From the NCBI RefSeq assembly GCF_004010195.1, contig NC_057718.1, positions 38,005,152 through 38,069,151 of the forward strand: 64,000 nt of DNA, in the 5' to 3' direction. Of the stretch, positions 52,601-61,407 are shown piece after piece; the stretch's first letter is position 1; every line of letters starts with the position of its first letter. Below the pieces are notes generated by a model, which worked only from the letters and a program-made list of their open reading frames with translations, was not told the origin of the DNA and did no database searches. Both the position numbers and the translations under genes were made by a program. This DNA is from Chiloscyllium plagiosum. Taxonomy: Eukaryota.

Positions 52601-55600
52601 ATGTGCAATACTAATCATACACTTGTTCAACACAGGTGGTGGTCACTTGGTCTTGCACCAAAGCACGAGTCCAAATCCAAGGAGGTTATTGTGATATTAA
52701 AAGAATTAATTTGGTCTGCTCACCTGCAGGAAATTGGATGTCCTGACGCAAGGTTGGTTGCCTCTAATTGAAAGATAGATTGTAGAAATTTACATCATCA
52801 TCTCCTACATTTACATGGCTATTTCCTTGCCATTGAGAGCAATTTACATTGTCATCATCTCCTATTCAGAAATCAATAAGAACATTAGAGTTGTAATTCT
52901 GACAACTACCTGTAGTTAAAGAAAACAATTCACACCAGATCTGGACATTAAGGGATGATTTGCATTACACTGTTTCTGGAGATGATGTGGTCACTGCATA
53001 GTGTCTTGAGTGGCACATGACTGTGAGAGAATGGGGTTGTCTTGTGGGCATTACTGTCTGTGATGTAAATATTTTGTATGAAGGAAGGGCTGTTTTCCTT
53101 GTTCACAGAACTTCCCTGAACATGCTTCATGAGTATGGCGAAGCATGTTCAGGGTTTCTCCAAAGTTTGTATTGTACTGCACTTAATAAATTTTCCTTAT
53201 TCACAAAAGTTGGCATTTGCAGTTACATCAAGTGTGCAAGAACCTCAGGAAAAAGACCATGACATTTATGACAAGTCAACAAAGACATAGTTGTGTAGTG
53301 CATTTCTTGTTAATCCAGAAATGTCATGGTGCTGCAGCCAAATTACAAACTGTAAATTTTTTTAAAATAGCAAAAATTAATTGCATACCTACTGATCAAA
53401 ATGTAAAAGCTGACCAATACATACAAACAAAAGAACCCAATGAATAAATTTCAACTACAGAGCTTAGAAGGATGAGAGGGGATCTAACTGAAACTTACAG
53501 AATACTGATGGGCTTGGACAGAGTGGATGTTGGGAAGATCTTTCTATTGGTAGGACAGACCAGAACCCGAGGGCAAAGCCTTAGAGTAAGGAGAACAGAG
53601 AGAAGGAGAAACTTCTTCAGCCAGAGAGTGGCAAATCTCTGGAATTCACTGCCACAGAAGGCTGGTGGAGGCCTGGTCACTGAGTATATTTAAGATGGAT
53701 ATAGATAGTTTTTTTTATGGTAAAAAGAGGATGAAGGGTTACGGGGAGAAAGTGGGAAAATGGGGTTGAGAAACTTATCAGCTATGACTGAATGGCAGAA
53801 CAGACTCGATGGGTTGAGTGGCCTAATTTCTGCTCCTATATCTTATGGTCCAAGTGCCTCCACAGCACTATATTCAATGTCAGCATTTATTATCTGCTCA
53901 ATTTCCACAAGACATTTGACTTAATAAGGTGCCATATCAGAAGCAGTGTAGCTGATGAGCTCAGTTGGCTGGACGGCTGGTTTGCAATGCATAATTGAGT
54001 AATTTTCTGGTTGCAAGATGGAATGCATTAGGTGTGCGCACAGGGATCAGTGCTGGGACCTCAACATTTTATTAATTTATATACATAACTGAGATGAAGG
54101 GATCAAACGTGTGGTTTATAAATTTGCTGACAATTTAAATGAAAGTAGAAACTAAGTTGTCAAGAGGACAATGACTTCCCTCTGTAGCATCCTTCAGAGA
54201 CTGAACAAACATGTGGGAGAGTTGCGAAATTGTCCATTTTGGCAGGAGGAATTGAAAAAGCAAATAATCAATATGGTAAGATACTGTAATGCAGAGTAAT
54301 GCCTGATATGTAGCTACAAGTAGTGAGGAAAGCTGGTGGAATGTTACTTTTTATTGCAAGCTGACTTGAAGACAAAATTACAAAATTGTGTTTTAATTAT
54401 ACAAGGCATGAGTGAGACAACTAACTATCGTGTATGGCATTGCTCCCCTTATTTAAGGGAGGATGTAAATACGTTGGAAGCAGTTGAGAGGATTTACTCA
54501 ACTAATACCTTGAATAGGCAGGTTGCCTTATGAGCAATGATTAGGCAGACTGGACTAGGTTCAAGTTTAGAAGAATAAGAGGTGGACTTAATTGAAACAT
54601 ACACGGTCCTGAAGGGTCTTGACCAGTGCTTCAGGAAATGTACCCTTTCCTGGGAAAATTTAAAATTCGGGTTGACCAGTTTAAGACAAAGAAAAAGAAA
54701 GACACTCTCAGAATTGGGAGTCTTTGGAACTCTCCTTGACAATGCAGTGGAAATAGTCTTTGAATATTTTTATGGCAGGAGAAGATAGATTCTTTTTAAG
54801 TAAGGGCATGAAAGACTACTGGGGATGGAGCATTTAGATTATTCATGATCTCAGTGAACAGCACAGCATACTTGAGGGACCAAGTGACAGGCTCCAAAAT
54901 CACAAGTTCCTATGCACCAGGAATGGGGCTTGAATCAACTATTTCATTCAGGCACAAGACGTTATCAGTGATCCATGTCCACACCTGGAAACATCCACTG
55001 GGACCTTACTTCAATGCAATCCATGAGTCCACATTCTGAGACTGCTTGATAGCTGATTGTACATTACATTAAGATTCTTCCAAAAATGCCAAACCAATAG
55101 CCAGAGTAATAAAAACAAAATAAAGACGAGTATCCAGCTCATGGTAATACTGGACAAGTCTGATCAGAGTGAGATCCGCCTTGATAGACCAAATTTTGTT
55201 TTTCTTTACCAAGGAGCTCAGTCACTGAACATATACACAAGGTCGCCAACATGCTTTTACCAAGACCATAAAAGTTTACCACCACTAGTGAAAAGCATAA
55301 GTTATATTACACTAGACAAGAAATATTGGAATGATATTATAAAAAATTCATCTCTTTCATCCCAACAGTACTATTATAGACATTTAAACCTCACTGAAGA
55401 GTAATCCTATTCTCTATGCCTCCAGTGGGTACAATTACAACATTTCAAAGACATTTGGATATGTATGGTTTAGAGAGAAATAGGGTAAATGCAGGCAAAT
55501 GGAACTCGTTCAGTTTAGGAAATCTGGTCGACATGGGCGAGTTGGAACATAGGGTCTGTTTCTGTACTGTGTGACTCTATCCAACTCCTAAACATGTTTC

Positions 55601-58600
55601 TCCAGTTCTCTTGATCTTTAAATCAAAGGAAGAATTGATTCAGCAAGCTCCTTTCTTTACGAAATGATGCCAATATTTATAATTGCCTTCTTTGGTCTAC
55701 ATAATGATTTTCATGCTTTGAAAAACATTTCTTTTTTATGACCCAGTTCATATGGTTTGCAACAATTGTTGCATGGACATCGGTGTACGTTTGACCAAAA
55801 TTTGTACAGAGAAAACAGGTGCCCTAATTTGTCACATGGCTGCTAGCTCATTGATTGGTTCCAAATCATTTGGAGAGTATATATACTTCTGCAATTCTCA
55901 GGTATGATGAATGCTGTCCAGAAACACCTATCTGGTTTCCACCTTCCAGTGCTGATTTGGGACCTGCTTCCTTACCTTGTGATGGAAGTTATGGTGCTGT
56001 GGGCCAGACATGCCAAAGCTATTCTGTATGAGAGTTGGTGAAAGGTGGAAGTATGATCTCACAGAGATGAAAGTTGGTAATATCAGTCATGAGTAACACA
56101 TGGGAGTTTGTAAAACAGCACAAGGTTGAAGAAAATACTTTAGGTGCAAAATTTCTCGGTAAAGCTGAGTGAGCAGCCAGAGATAGAAATTCAGTGAGAA
56201 ACTCTTTGGTATATCCAAACTGACGATCCTGGTCTGCTTGAGGTTCAAACCTGCTTAGGCAGTTTCAATATCGATACATTTACAACTAGCCAGCAATGTG
56301 AAAAATTCCGACATATGTTCTGTACACAAAGCAGGGCAAATCAAAACTAGTCAATTACTGACCAATCGATCTACTCTCAATGATCAGCAAGATTATGGAG
56401 GGGGTTGTTGACAGAGTGATGCTATCAAGTGGGACTTATTCAGCAATAACCTACTACCAAAGTGTCCTCTAAGCTATGCAATTGCCAAGAACATTCACAC
56501 GGACTTTGGGTTCCAGAAGTAATGCCATGCAGGGATCTGAGGTCTGTGTTACAGACGACCAAAAAATCGAAAAAACATAGCTGTTTGCTAATGCTGAATT
56601 TTAGTTCCACCAGGACCACTAAGCTCCTGATCTTCCTTCTTCATTCATCGAAGCATGGACAAAAGACCTGACTCTAACTCTAGAAGGGAAGTCACAATGA
56701 TTGCCGTTGACATCAGGCAGCATTTGACCAAGTTTGGTAAAGGACAACGATATCAGATACATGGGTGCACCACCACCTCCAACAACTTCTTGAAACCACA
56801 CACTATTCAGGCTCAGACATATAATTGTTGTTCCGTTACCATCTCTGGGTCTAAACTCTGCAATTCCCTACGGATTAGCATTTGATATGTACCCACACTC
56901 AAAGGCTCGAGCTGTTTAAGAATACAGCTCACCACCACTTTCTCAAGTTTAATTAGCCATCCATCTCCCATGACAAAATGAAAATGAATAAATTTCTGCC
57001 TTCTGACTTGAATTTGATTCAAAAGGTTGTGAAGAATTAAGCCCACATACATAACTGGCCAAGTGCAAAAAGTGACATGATGTATAATTTCACTGAGGAG
57101 TCCCATGCAAATGATGAAATCTAAAGAACATCCAACGTTAATGTAAATTAGTGGCGAGGTAGTTACACAGGATTAGGAGACAAGCCATTGCTTAAAATTA
57201 GAGACAAATGAATCTAAAAAATTCTGTAAGTGAAATCACATTACGAAGACAGTGAGAAATGACATGGCCAACTGTATCAATACAGTCAAAAGGAACAAAG
57301 CTTCCATAGTAACACAAATGGGTGTTGATGAATTGTCTCAATATTGTGGACTAGGTGAAAGTTGGACTGCAAGAATTCAAACAAAAAGGTTAGGTGACAT
57401 CAATGATCTCAAGAGACATTTGAGAACAGGTTCAGGTTCAGACATACTCCTCACTTTGTTCTGCAGTCAGGCCAGATTCCAATTCGGGTCTGACATCAGA
57501 ATTCATACATATCATTGCAATACAGGTTTTTGAACAGAAACGTCAGCTTGGCTCATAATTAACACACATCAGATTCAGCTGATTATAGATCCGAACTCCT
57601 CTCCACAGTTTGAGAACATTACTTAAGCTGAAAATGACAGGTTTAATTGAAATAGTAGGCCTGATGAGACATCTGAGTACCAAGCATACTGAACTCACAT
57701 AGCTATTAGCATGCATTTCACCTTCATTTTTGAGAATAAAACTGGAACATATAGTGAGCCTTAGAAACTGTGTCTACTAAGGTCCTCAGTAGACTTGAAA
57801 GATTTCTCAAGGTCTCATGAAATCAGATTTAATCTGAAGAAAGGTCTACTGCTTGCTTCAGGACATGGCTGCCTAAGTCTTCAAACTTAGCAGTCCAAGC
57901 TGAAACTAGTCATCCTTCATGACTGTAGGTTACAGCTATTCTGCTTTTGGAATGCCTATACTTGGTAATTTGCAAACCAAATTACAGCAGGCCCAAATTT
58001 AATCACAAACACTGTACAAACAACCTCTGGAGAAACTACATTTTATTATAGTTAGGCCTAAGGCACCAGCTTTTAACATGTACTTGAATTTCCACCTGAC
58101 TATTTTTGTAGGTTTTCCATGCAGGTTTTCAAATACCCCCCCCCCTCAAAATGGTTTTGATGAGATAGTTATGTGATGGGTAATAATGGACATTTCAGGA
58201 AACAATTTTTGAGTATAAATTCTGAGAAAAGTGCCCAGGTTGTTTTGGATTCCTTCACATGCATAATTGAAACCAGCCATTCTGTTGTTGCTGCTACTCC
58301 ACTGACTTTCCAACTACTTCTCATAGTCTGTGACCAACAAGACCCCAATCCTAGGAGCCCCAAATTCCTGAAAGTCCCCTATCTATCATCTGTTATTCCT
58401 GGAAGCTCGAATCTTCTCATTCATTAAATCCATCCCACATAGATAGTCCCACACCCCTAAACGACTGACCCCAAGGACAGGGAGCAATGCATTGTCCTCA
58501 TCTGTTCCTCAGATGACACCTCAAACTAGATTCTGTCTGCTCTTCCATGTTTTAGACAAGTTTCCCCAAGGCTGTATTCAGTTGCAGTGAATTTCTCCCT

Positions 58601-61407
58601 AGCTCTTGGCTAACAATAATGAAAAAGTGTGCAGCTGAAACAACATTCAAGAAACCTGACAGCATCCAGAACAAAGCAGCACTACATCCATAAACTTTCA
58701 CTTCTTCCACTACTGATGCTTAGTAGCAGCAGAGTTATAGGATCATACAACACAGAAATAGACCTTCCAATCAAATTCATCCATGTTGACGAAGTTTGCC
58801 AAACTAAACTAGTCCCATTTGCCTGGGTTTGGCCCATATCTTTCTAAACCTTTCCTGCTCATGTACCTGTCCAAATATCTTTTAAACATTGTAATGGGCC
58901 TCCAGATACCACTTCCTCTGGCAGTTCATTCAACATACAACAGCATCTACAAGCTACAAGTTACGCAACAGAATATCACGAAGGTACCTTAGCCAGCATT
59001 TTCCAAACCCATGGCCACTGTTAGGAGCACAAGGGCCGCAGTTACATGGGAACTCTGTCATCTGCATTCCCTTCAACGCTGCTTCCCATCCTGACTTGGA
59101 GAGTACTGGTTACAAAGAGAGATTGGATAGACTGGGGTTGTTTTCCTTGGAGCAAAAGACACTGAGGGGGGACATTACTGAGATATATAAAATTATGAGG
59201 GGCATAGACAGGGTAGACGTTATCTCTTGTTGGACAAGTGGGTGATGAGGAAGCACAGATTTAAGGTAAGGGGCAGGAGGTTTAGAAGGGACATGGAGAA
59301 AATATTTTCAATAGAGGGTGGTGCGAATCTGTAACAGACTGCCTGTAAGGGTGTTAGAGGTAGAAACCCCTAAACATTTAAGTAGTATTTAGATGCACAT
59401 TTGTGATGCCAAGGCATACAAGGCTATGGCAATAGTGAGGACCGTAGATGCTGGAAAGTCAAAGTCAATAAAATGTGTAGCTGGGAAAAGCACAGTGGAT
59501 CAAGCAGCAAAGGAGTAGGAGAGTCTAAGTTTTGTGCAGGACCCTTCATCAAGGTTAGGAAGGAAGGCTGAGAAATAAGTAGCAGTATGGGCATGAGGCT
59601 GGGGTAAAGGTAGGTTGAATTGCAACAGTTAACGGGGTAAGGGGGAGGTGTGGTGGTAGGTCTTGTATCTCTTGTGGTCGCAGGGAAATGTGCCAGGTGT
59701 GGAAGAGAAGTTGGTGGGGAGTGTGGACTTCGAGAGGGAGTCGCGGAGGGAATGGTCCCGACGGAAAGCAGATGGGATGAGGAATGAAATAACCTTTTGG
59801 TGGTGGTGTCAGACCGCAGGTTTGCAGGTCTGAGAAAGCAAGGCCCTGAGGTGGGGCAGGGTTGACTGTGGTGAGAGAAGATGGCAGCGCATGGCTGCAA
59901 ACGTGGGGCTGAGGATACATAGGGAGAACAATTTCTGGAGACTTTGAAATTTGCTGTAGGTAGGGGTTGTCACGGTCTATGGGCCAACTGCTGAAAAAAT
60001 GGGATGAAAATATTTAGGTTTAACTGCTGAAAAAATGGGATGAAAATATTTAGGTTTTTATTTTTGATCTGTGCAGATTTGATGAGCAAAGGGCCTTTCT
60101 CTGCCTGCACACCTTTACAGCTCTAAATTATCATCATTTCAGTGTCACTGGATTTAAATCCTGGAACTCTGTGCCTTACAGTATTTTGGGAACATCTACA
60201 CAAAACAGACAAAAAGCATCTCTTCACCACCATTTCAAGAGCAACCTGGGATAAATACAAAGTACTGCTCTTGCTAGCAACACCCACTTCCTTAAAAAAA
60301 ACCCTTGACCACCAACACTAAATCACTTCATCTGGTTCAGGGATTCAGTGCTGTGTGCAACTGACAATCATGTTTCCTTAGTGCAATACTTCAAAAATTG
60401 TCCACAGCATGCTTTGACATCCTGAGGTTATTTTTCTTTGAGGTGGCACTACTTATGTAGTTGGCAGGTTAGCACCACTTCCTGACCAACATTTATCCTT
60501 CAACTAATTGAATCAAATTGACTATTTTACCCACTCACAAATATAATAAATCAAAATATTTATAAAGCACTTAAGCATCCTGGTCACATGAAGTCTTTCA
60601 TTTGTGAAATGTTTTATTGTTGGGGAAAATCACACCCCTGAAACACCTTTTATGTAATACAGACAGATTAAATATCTTGGCACGTCCACAAGGCTTTAAA
60701 TCCTCTTCAAATGGCAATATAACTTACCTGAATGAAAAGAAACACTCCACAATTGAAACATTTATGTGTAATGGTAACAGACCCAACTTGTACACTACCA
60801 AATGGCTATATCTGAGACATCTGGAGTGTGGCCAATTAACATTTAACGGCCAATATTTCATCATGAACATTTTAACTGCTAGGGCTCGTTTTCTGTCGCC
60901 ACAGTTGGCTCTTCTGAGTCAGGATTCGGGATAATTAATTATTAGCCACATCTCATGACAGTGGATGTCAAAGAATTTGTTTCTGATGAGATTGTAACTT
61001 CACATCAACAGCAGGAAGTGCTCAGTCCGCTAAGTTAACAACACAAATGGACCTTCAAATCTAAAACAAGTGACGGGAGGGAGAAATAAAAACGATCATC
61101 TTCGGGTTTCGTACAGAACCGTATAAGAGCTTGTCCTTTCACCTGATCGGTGGGACACCATGTCTCAGCAGTTCGGAAGACACCACCGCAGGCCTGGGAG
61201 AGGTCTTTACATAGCAACCACCTCACGGTTTGAGAAAGGCAGGAGAGCGGAGAACAAACCAGACTTAGCAATGCTTCCCAACACTATTTGTTAGCAAAAG
61301 ATTAACACAGGGTACAGTGTATTTCATACCAATGCGATGTCCTTCGCCGAACAGTCCATTAAAAACTTCGGGATGGCCGGAACCTCTTCCGACTTCGTGG
61401 CCGCCAT
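7521..61407 (-). CDS. UBR2: UBR2 E3 ubiquitin-protein ligase (N-recognin 2), 5' partial multi-exon CDS: exons 1-14, 558 aa with one exon 11; the gene continues beyond window position 1
   Basis: Manually spliced translation [53 protein letters not shown]...[30 protein letters not shown]...[15 protein letters not shown]...[23 protein letters not shown]...[31 protein letters not shown] matches recalled vertebrate UBR2 more closely than UBR1. All introns are GT-AG with compatible phases. Confidence 0.96.
8700..12190 (-). mobile_element. Long decayed CR1 LINE including ORF1 (SGNH/esterase-like) and ORF2 (EN, RT) remnants
   Basis: Minus-strand ORFs [31 protein letters not shown] (ORF1 esterase-like), WVELRNKK (EN), KVDKSPGPD and [13 protein letters not shown]...[11 protein letters not shown] (RT); 3' tail near 8700. 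Confidence 0.9.
12280..13590 (-). mobile_element. Old CR1 ORF2 fragment
   Basis: Degenerate RT and C-terminal sequence (ccagcaaggatttatgaaaggcaaatcatgttt, gtggatgttttgtatttcgattttt on minus). Confidence 0.7.
13598..13935 (+). mobile_element. tRNA-derived SINE (family B)
   Basis: Core aaaacccatc...ttcactaatgtcctt.agggaaggaaatctgcc.tcct...gtggttgactct shared with 17745-18102, 28678-28906 (-), 40505-40790, 46470-46690 and 62330-62545. Confidence 0.75.
13990..14295 (-). mobile_element. CR1 3' fragment
   Basis: Near-identical to CR1 3' ends at 41683 and 62646 (cggcccatatccctccaaacc...gtgtgaaaa). Confidence 0.85.
14736..15050 (-). mobile_element. HE1-type (V-SINE) tRNA-derived SINE, full length
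   Basis: Minus strand GGGGCATGGTGGCACAGTGGTTAGCACTGCTGCCTCACAGC...GTGGAGTTTGCACATTCTCCCCGTG...GGGCCGAATGGCCTGTTTCC...TCTAAT; A and B boxes present. Confidence 0.9.
15355..15570 (+). mobile_element. CR1 3' end
   Basis: ggaatgagctgcca...gggtctgtttctgtgctatacatctctatgat tail. Confidence 0.8.
15713..15812 (-). CDS. UBR2: UBR2 exon 13 (100 nt)
   Basis: ctttcacag|GTATGTG...ATGCAG|gttggt; [33 protein letters not shown]. Confidence 0.94.
17152..17351 (-). mobile_element. Possible small solo LTR
   Basis: TGTT...GACA termini, flanks gaagt/gaaat (imperfect 5-bp TSD), AATAAA on minus near 17214-17219. Confidence 0.4.
17388..17554 (-). CDS. UBR2: UBR2 exon 12 (167 nt)
   Basis: tattttag|GCTCGC...CTCAA|gtaagt; [55 protein letters not shown](K). 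Confidence 0.95.
17745..18102 (+). mobile_element. tRNA-derived SINE (family B)
   Basis: Shared family-B core and A-rich tail. Confidence 0.7.
19994..20092 (-). CDS. UBR2: UBR2 exon 11b (99 nt, mutually exclusive alternative B)
   Basis: ttttcattag|AACTAT...TCCTTG|gtgagt; [33 protein letters not shown]; 20/33 aa identical to 11a, same length and phase, open frame. Confidence 0.9.
20161..20259 (-). CDS. UBR2: UBR2 exon 11a (99 nt, mutually exclusive alternative A)
   Basis: tgtttag|AATTAC...ACATTG|gtgagt; [33 protein letters not shown]; phase 0-0. Confidence 0.94.
20831..21037. mobile_element. Fold-back Penelope-derived element (family 1) with hammerhead motif and 16-bp TSD
   Basis: Inverted arms 20831-20911 and 20920-21001; TSD ctacaaaggccaaaga (20815-20830) / ctacaaagaccaaaga (21038-21053); same sequence as the terminus of the Penelope at 43677-43805. 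Confidence 0.85.
21731..21819 (-). CDS. UBR2: UBR2 exon 10 (89 nt)
   Basis: tccaaag|GCGCAAGG...GCAAAA|gtaagt; [29 protein letters not shown]. Confidence 0.95.
22071..22106 (+). ncRNA. Minimal type I hammerhead ribozyme motif (Penelope type)
   Basis: attc-CTGAAGA-a-GGGC-ttat-GCCC-GAAAC-GTC-gatt: conserved CUGANGA and GAAA boxes, stem II, GUC triplet, and palindromic ACGT in place of stem III. Confidence 0.7.
22071..22160 (+). mobile_element. 90-bp Penelope-terminus insertion with an intact minimal hammerhead core
   Basis: Perfect TSD caagttagcaatc (22058-22070 and 22161-22173). Confidence 0.85.
22418..22900 (-). mobile_element. CR1 3' fragment
   Basis: [39 protein letters not shown] plus CR1 tail. 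Confidence 0.85.
23100..23490 (+). mobile_element. Penelope-derived 3' region (family 2), degenerate
   Basis: Pyrimidine-rich UTR ending in actctgctttcttctcacaggtgatgccagatctactgagtttctccagcaatttctgtttt, as in 3955-4020. Confidence 0.55.
23700..24320 (-). mobile_element. RTE-clade LINE fragment
   Basis: [26 protein letters not shown]...FNDFHLSFL resembles the RTE C-terminal region (TK..VY.A.V...LLYG.E.W...FH..CL). Confidence 0.7.
25313..25420 (-). CDS. UBR2: UBR2 exon 9 (108 nt)
   Basis: aaataaag|GTGGATTA...TGGAAAG|gtaata; [35 protein letters not shown]. Confidence 0.94.
26560..26845 (+). repeat. Unclassified retroposon 3' end, second copy at ~39715-39845
   Basis: Shared ttgtatctaag..ggtgc...aaacttttca.t..ctcatt.ga....tgacaataaa..ta.ttct tail. 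Confidence 0.55.
27878..28503 (-). mobile_element. Possible solo LTR (~625 bp)
   Basis: TGTTAT...ATAACA inverted termini and AATAAA on minus near 28022-28027; TSD not convincing. Confidence 0.4.
28678..28906 (-). mobile_element. tRNA-derived SINE (family B)
   Basis: Reverse complement of the family-B core (ggagtcacatgtaagctagaccaggtaagg...ttccttgaagga). Confidence 0.65.
29078..29198 (-). CDS. UBR2: UBR2 exon 8 (121 nt)
   Basis: gctgtag|AGGAAC...TCAG|gtaagc; [40 protein letters not shown]. Confidence 0.95.
29835..29897 (-). CDS. UBR2: UBR2 exon 7 (63 nt)
   Basis: attttcag|GGTCGT...ATAGTG|gtgaga; [21 protein letters not shown]. Confidence 0.95.
30741..30879 (-). CDS. UBR2: UBR2 exon 6 (139 nt, ClpS-like domain)
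   Basis: ctctttag|GGAAAAG...AGAGAT|gtgagt; [46 protein letters not shown]. Confidence 0.96.
31755..32470 (+). mobile_element. Decayed CR1 pieces (5' ORF1 start and ORF2 C-terminus)
   Basis: [15 protein letters not shown] ORF1 start; gaccacacctggag...gtgtgcaattgtggtgtccttatctgaggaag; gagtttagaagaatgagggac. Confidence 0.65.
32994..33153 (+). mobile_element. HE1-type SINE, internally deleted, young
   Basis: GGGCGGCACGGTGGCACAGTGGTTAGC head with intact CpGs joined directly to tgtttccacactgtaag and a (TAATC)n tail. Confidence 0.9.
33228..33331. repeat. Tandem duplication (51/53-bp units) spanning the left end of the hAT MITE
   Basis: gggcatgggaagcag.ttgttgga.gagctagc(ac)agaggtggggaacctttt occurs twice. 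Confidence 0.9.
33313..33587. mobile_element. hAT (Charlie/Buster-like) MITE
   Basis: TIRs CAGAGGTGGGGAACCT / AGGTTCCCCACTCCTG; perfect 8-bp TSD AGCTAGCA (33305-33312 and 33588-33595). Confidence 0.85.
34535..34665 (-). CDS. UBR2: UBR2 exon 5 (131 nt)
   Basis: ttttcatag|GATCCA...CCTTT|gtaagt; [43 protein letters not shown]. Confidence 0.95.
34873..34982 (+). mobile_element. Short tRNA-derived SINE (family C)
   Basis: ggtgcactggtagtgttcccacctctgaacctaggttcaag...gaggttgattagaaaata. Confidence 0.6.
35291..35475. mobile_element. Fold-back Penelope-derived element (family 1)
   Basis: Inverted arms around ~35349; minus-strand CTGATGA...GAAATGTC; TSD-like agtataacttacaca / agcataactttcaca. Confidence 0.8.
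36131..36247 (+). mobile_element. Short tRNA-derived SINE (family C)
   Basis: A box TGGCACATTGG, B box GAGTTCAAGTCC, 3' gaacaggttgattcgaaaaata. Confidence 0.65.
36375..36485 (-). CDS. UBR2: UBR2 exon 4 (111 nt, UBR box C-terminal half)
   Basis: tatctag|ATGACT...GAGGAG|gtataa; [37 protein letters not shown]. Confidence 0.95.
37651..37958 (+). mobile_element. HE1/V-SINE-like element, diverged
   Basis: cagtggctcaatggcaagcactgct...caggttcaattcc...gtggagtttgcacattct. Confidence 0.8.
38340..39240 (-). mobile_element. Decayed non-LTR retrotransposon fragment (same family as 56000-56995)
   Basis: ggcaagctgccttcttaa, gaagggaacttgcaggtgggtggt and gccttggtgagttgttgcaatgcatcttgt are reverse complements of the family's 3' region. 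Confidence 0.6.
39556..39634 (-). CDS. UBR2: UBR2 exon 3 (79 nt, UBR box)
   Basis: ttcaag|GGATTGC...TATAGG|gtaagt; [26 protein letters not shown]. Confidence 0.96.
39860..40120 (+). mobile_element. HE1-type SINE
   Basis: GGTGGCTCAGTGGTTAGCACTGCTGCCTCAC head; tgggccgaagggactgtttccacactgt tail. Confidence 0.9.
40505..40790 (+). mobile_element. tRNA-derived SINE (family B)
   Basis: Family-B core and catcccatgaatgaat tail. Confidence 0.75.
40800..41400 (-). mobile_element. Old CR1 RT fragment containing a (CA)n microsatellite at ~41256-41277
   Basis: ccaatactgagccctgtggaacc is GVPQGSVLG on minus. Confidence 0.65.
41683..42908 (-). mobile_element. CR1 LINE, 5'-truncated (~1.2 kb)
   Basis: ORFs [30 protein letters not shown] and [10 protein letters not shown]; 3' tail at 41683. 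Confidence 0.92.
43677..44615 (-). mobile_element. Penelope-like element, 3' part: linker, GIY-YIG endonuclease remnant and terminal repeat with hammerhead motif
   Basis: [35 protein letters not shown]...; [13 protein letters not shown]...[21 protein letters not shown]; terminus CTGATGGAGGGCTTATGCCTGAAACGTT. Confidence 0.88.
44638..45470 (+). mobile_element. Penelope-like element, RT part, inverted relative to its 3' part
   Basis: [39 protein letters not shown]...[17 protein letters not shown] (degenerate RYIDD), [26 protein letters not shown]; ends at PLVLT. Confidence 0.88.
45471..45737 (+). mobile_element. CR1 3' end
   Basis: ggacaactttttcacacagatggtggtt...gggtctgtttctatgctgtatgactcta. 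Confidence 0.8.
46010..46338 (+). mobile_element. CR1 3' end
   Basis: gaggaattccttctgtcagagggttgtgaatctgtggaat...cctacttctgctcctcagtcttatgg. Confidence 0.8.
49114..49276 (-). mobile_element. HE1-type SINE 3' half
   Basis: Matches 14736-14885. Confidence 0.8.
50018..50168. mobile_element. Fold-back Penelope-derived element (family 1), centre deleted
   Basis: Arms gattagagtggtgctggaaaagcacagcag / ctgctgtgcttttccaccaccactctaat; TSD atattttctgccat (50004-50017) / atatttgctgccat (50169-50182). Confidence 0.8.
51352..51705 (+). mobile_element. HE1/V-SINE-like element
   Basis: atggtgactcaatggtcagcactattgcctcacagcgccagggaccgggttcgattcc head; gagtttgcacattttccccgtg core. Confidence 0.85.
52000..52259 (-). 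CDS. UBR2: UBR2 exon 2 (260 nt)
   Basis: ttcttag|AACTGG...TGCAG|gtacaa; [16 protein letters not shown]...[14 protein letters not shown](R); overlaps ORF 51975..52238. Confidence 0.96.
53455..53850 (+). mobile_element. CR1 3' fragment
   Basis: [22 protein letters not shown]...[17 protein letters not shown]; tail atcttatggtc. Confidence 0.88.
54000..54880 (+). mobile_element. Old CR1 RT and C-terminal fragment
   Basis: cacagggatcagtgctgggacc; aaatttgctgac; [13 protein letters not shown]. Confidence 0.7.
56000..56995 (+). mobile_element. Decayed non-LTR retrotransposon (CR1/L2-group RT) with cagctcaccaccac-type tail
   Basis: aattactgaccaatcgatctactctcaatgatcagcaag (NY.PI.LLS.ISK); [16 protein letters not shown] resembles ALDIK.AFD.VW. 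Confidence 0.65.
58730..58940 (-). mobile_element. CR1 3' end
   Basis: ggcccatatctttctaaacctttcc...accacttcctctggcagttcattc. Confidence 0.75.
59428..59975 (-). mobile_element. Penelope-derived fragment (family-1-related terminus plus linker remnant)
   Basis: gtgaggaccgtagatgctgg...cccttcatca terminus; gagggagtcgcggagggaatggtcc matches 44476-44500. Confidence 0.75.
59986..60057. repeat. Perfect 36-bp tandem duplication
   Basis: aactgctgaaaaaatgggatgaaaatatttaggttt occurs twice. Confidence 0.95.

Larger units (their letters stand above)
59100..60120 (+). mobile_element. CR1 3' fragment interrupted by a Penelope derivative
   Basis: gagagattggatagactggggttgttttccttggag...gcatacaaggctatgg, resuming at ctatgggccaactgctg (~59977). 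Confidence 0.75.

Noticed and set aside
52950..58600. Possible very decayed Gypsy-like internal region on minus (Cys/His-rich stretch near 55730-55830)
   Set aside because: Motifs too degenerate and interrupted to support without a profile search.
7521..61407. Calling the gene UBR1
   Set aside because: Peptides such as [24 protein letters not shown] and [23 protein letters not shown] follow UBR2 as recalled; a reciprocal BLAST would confirm.
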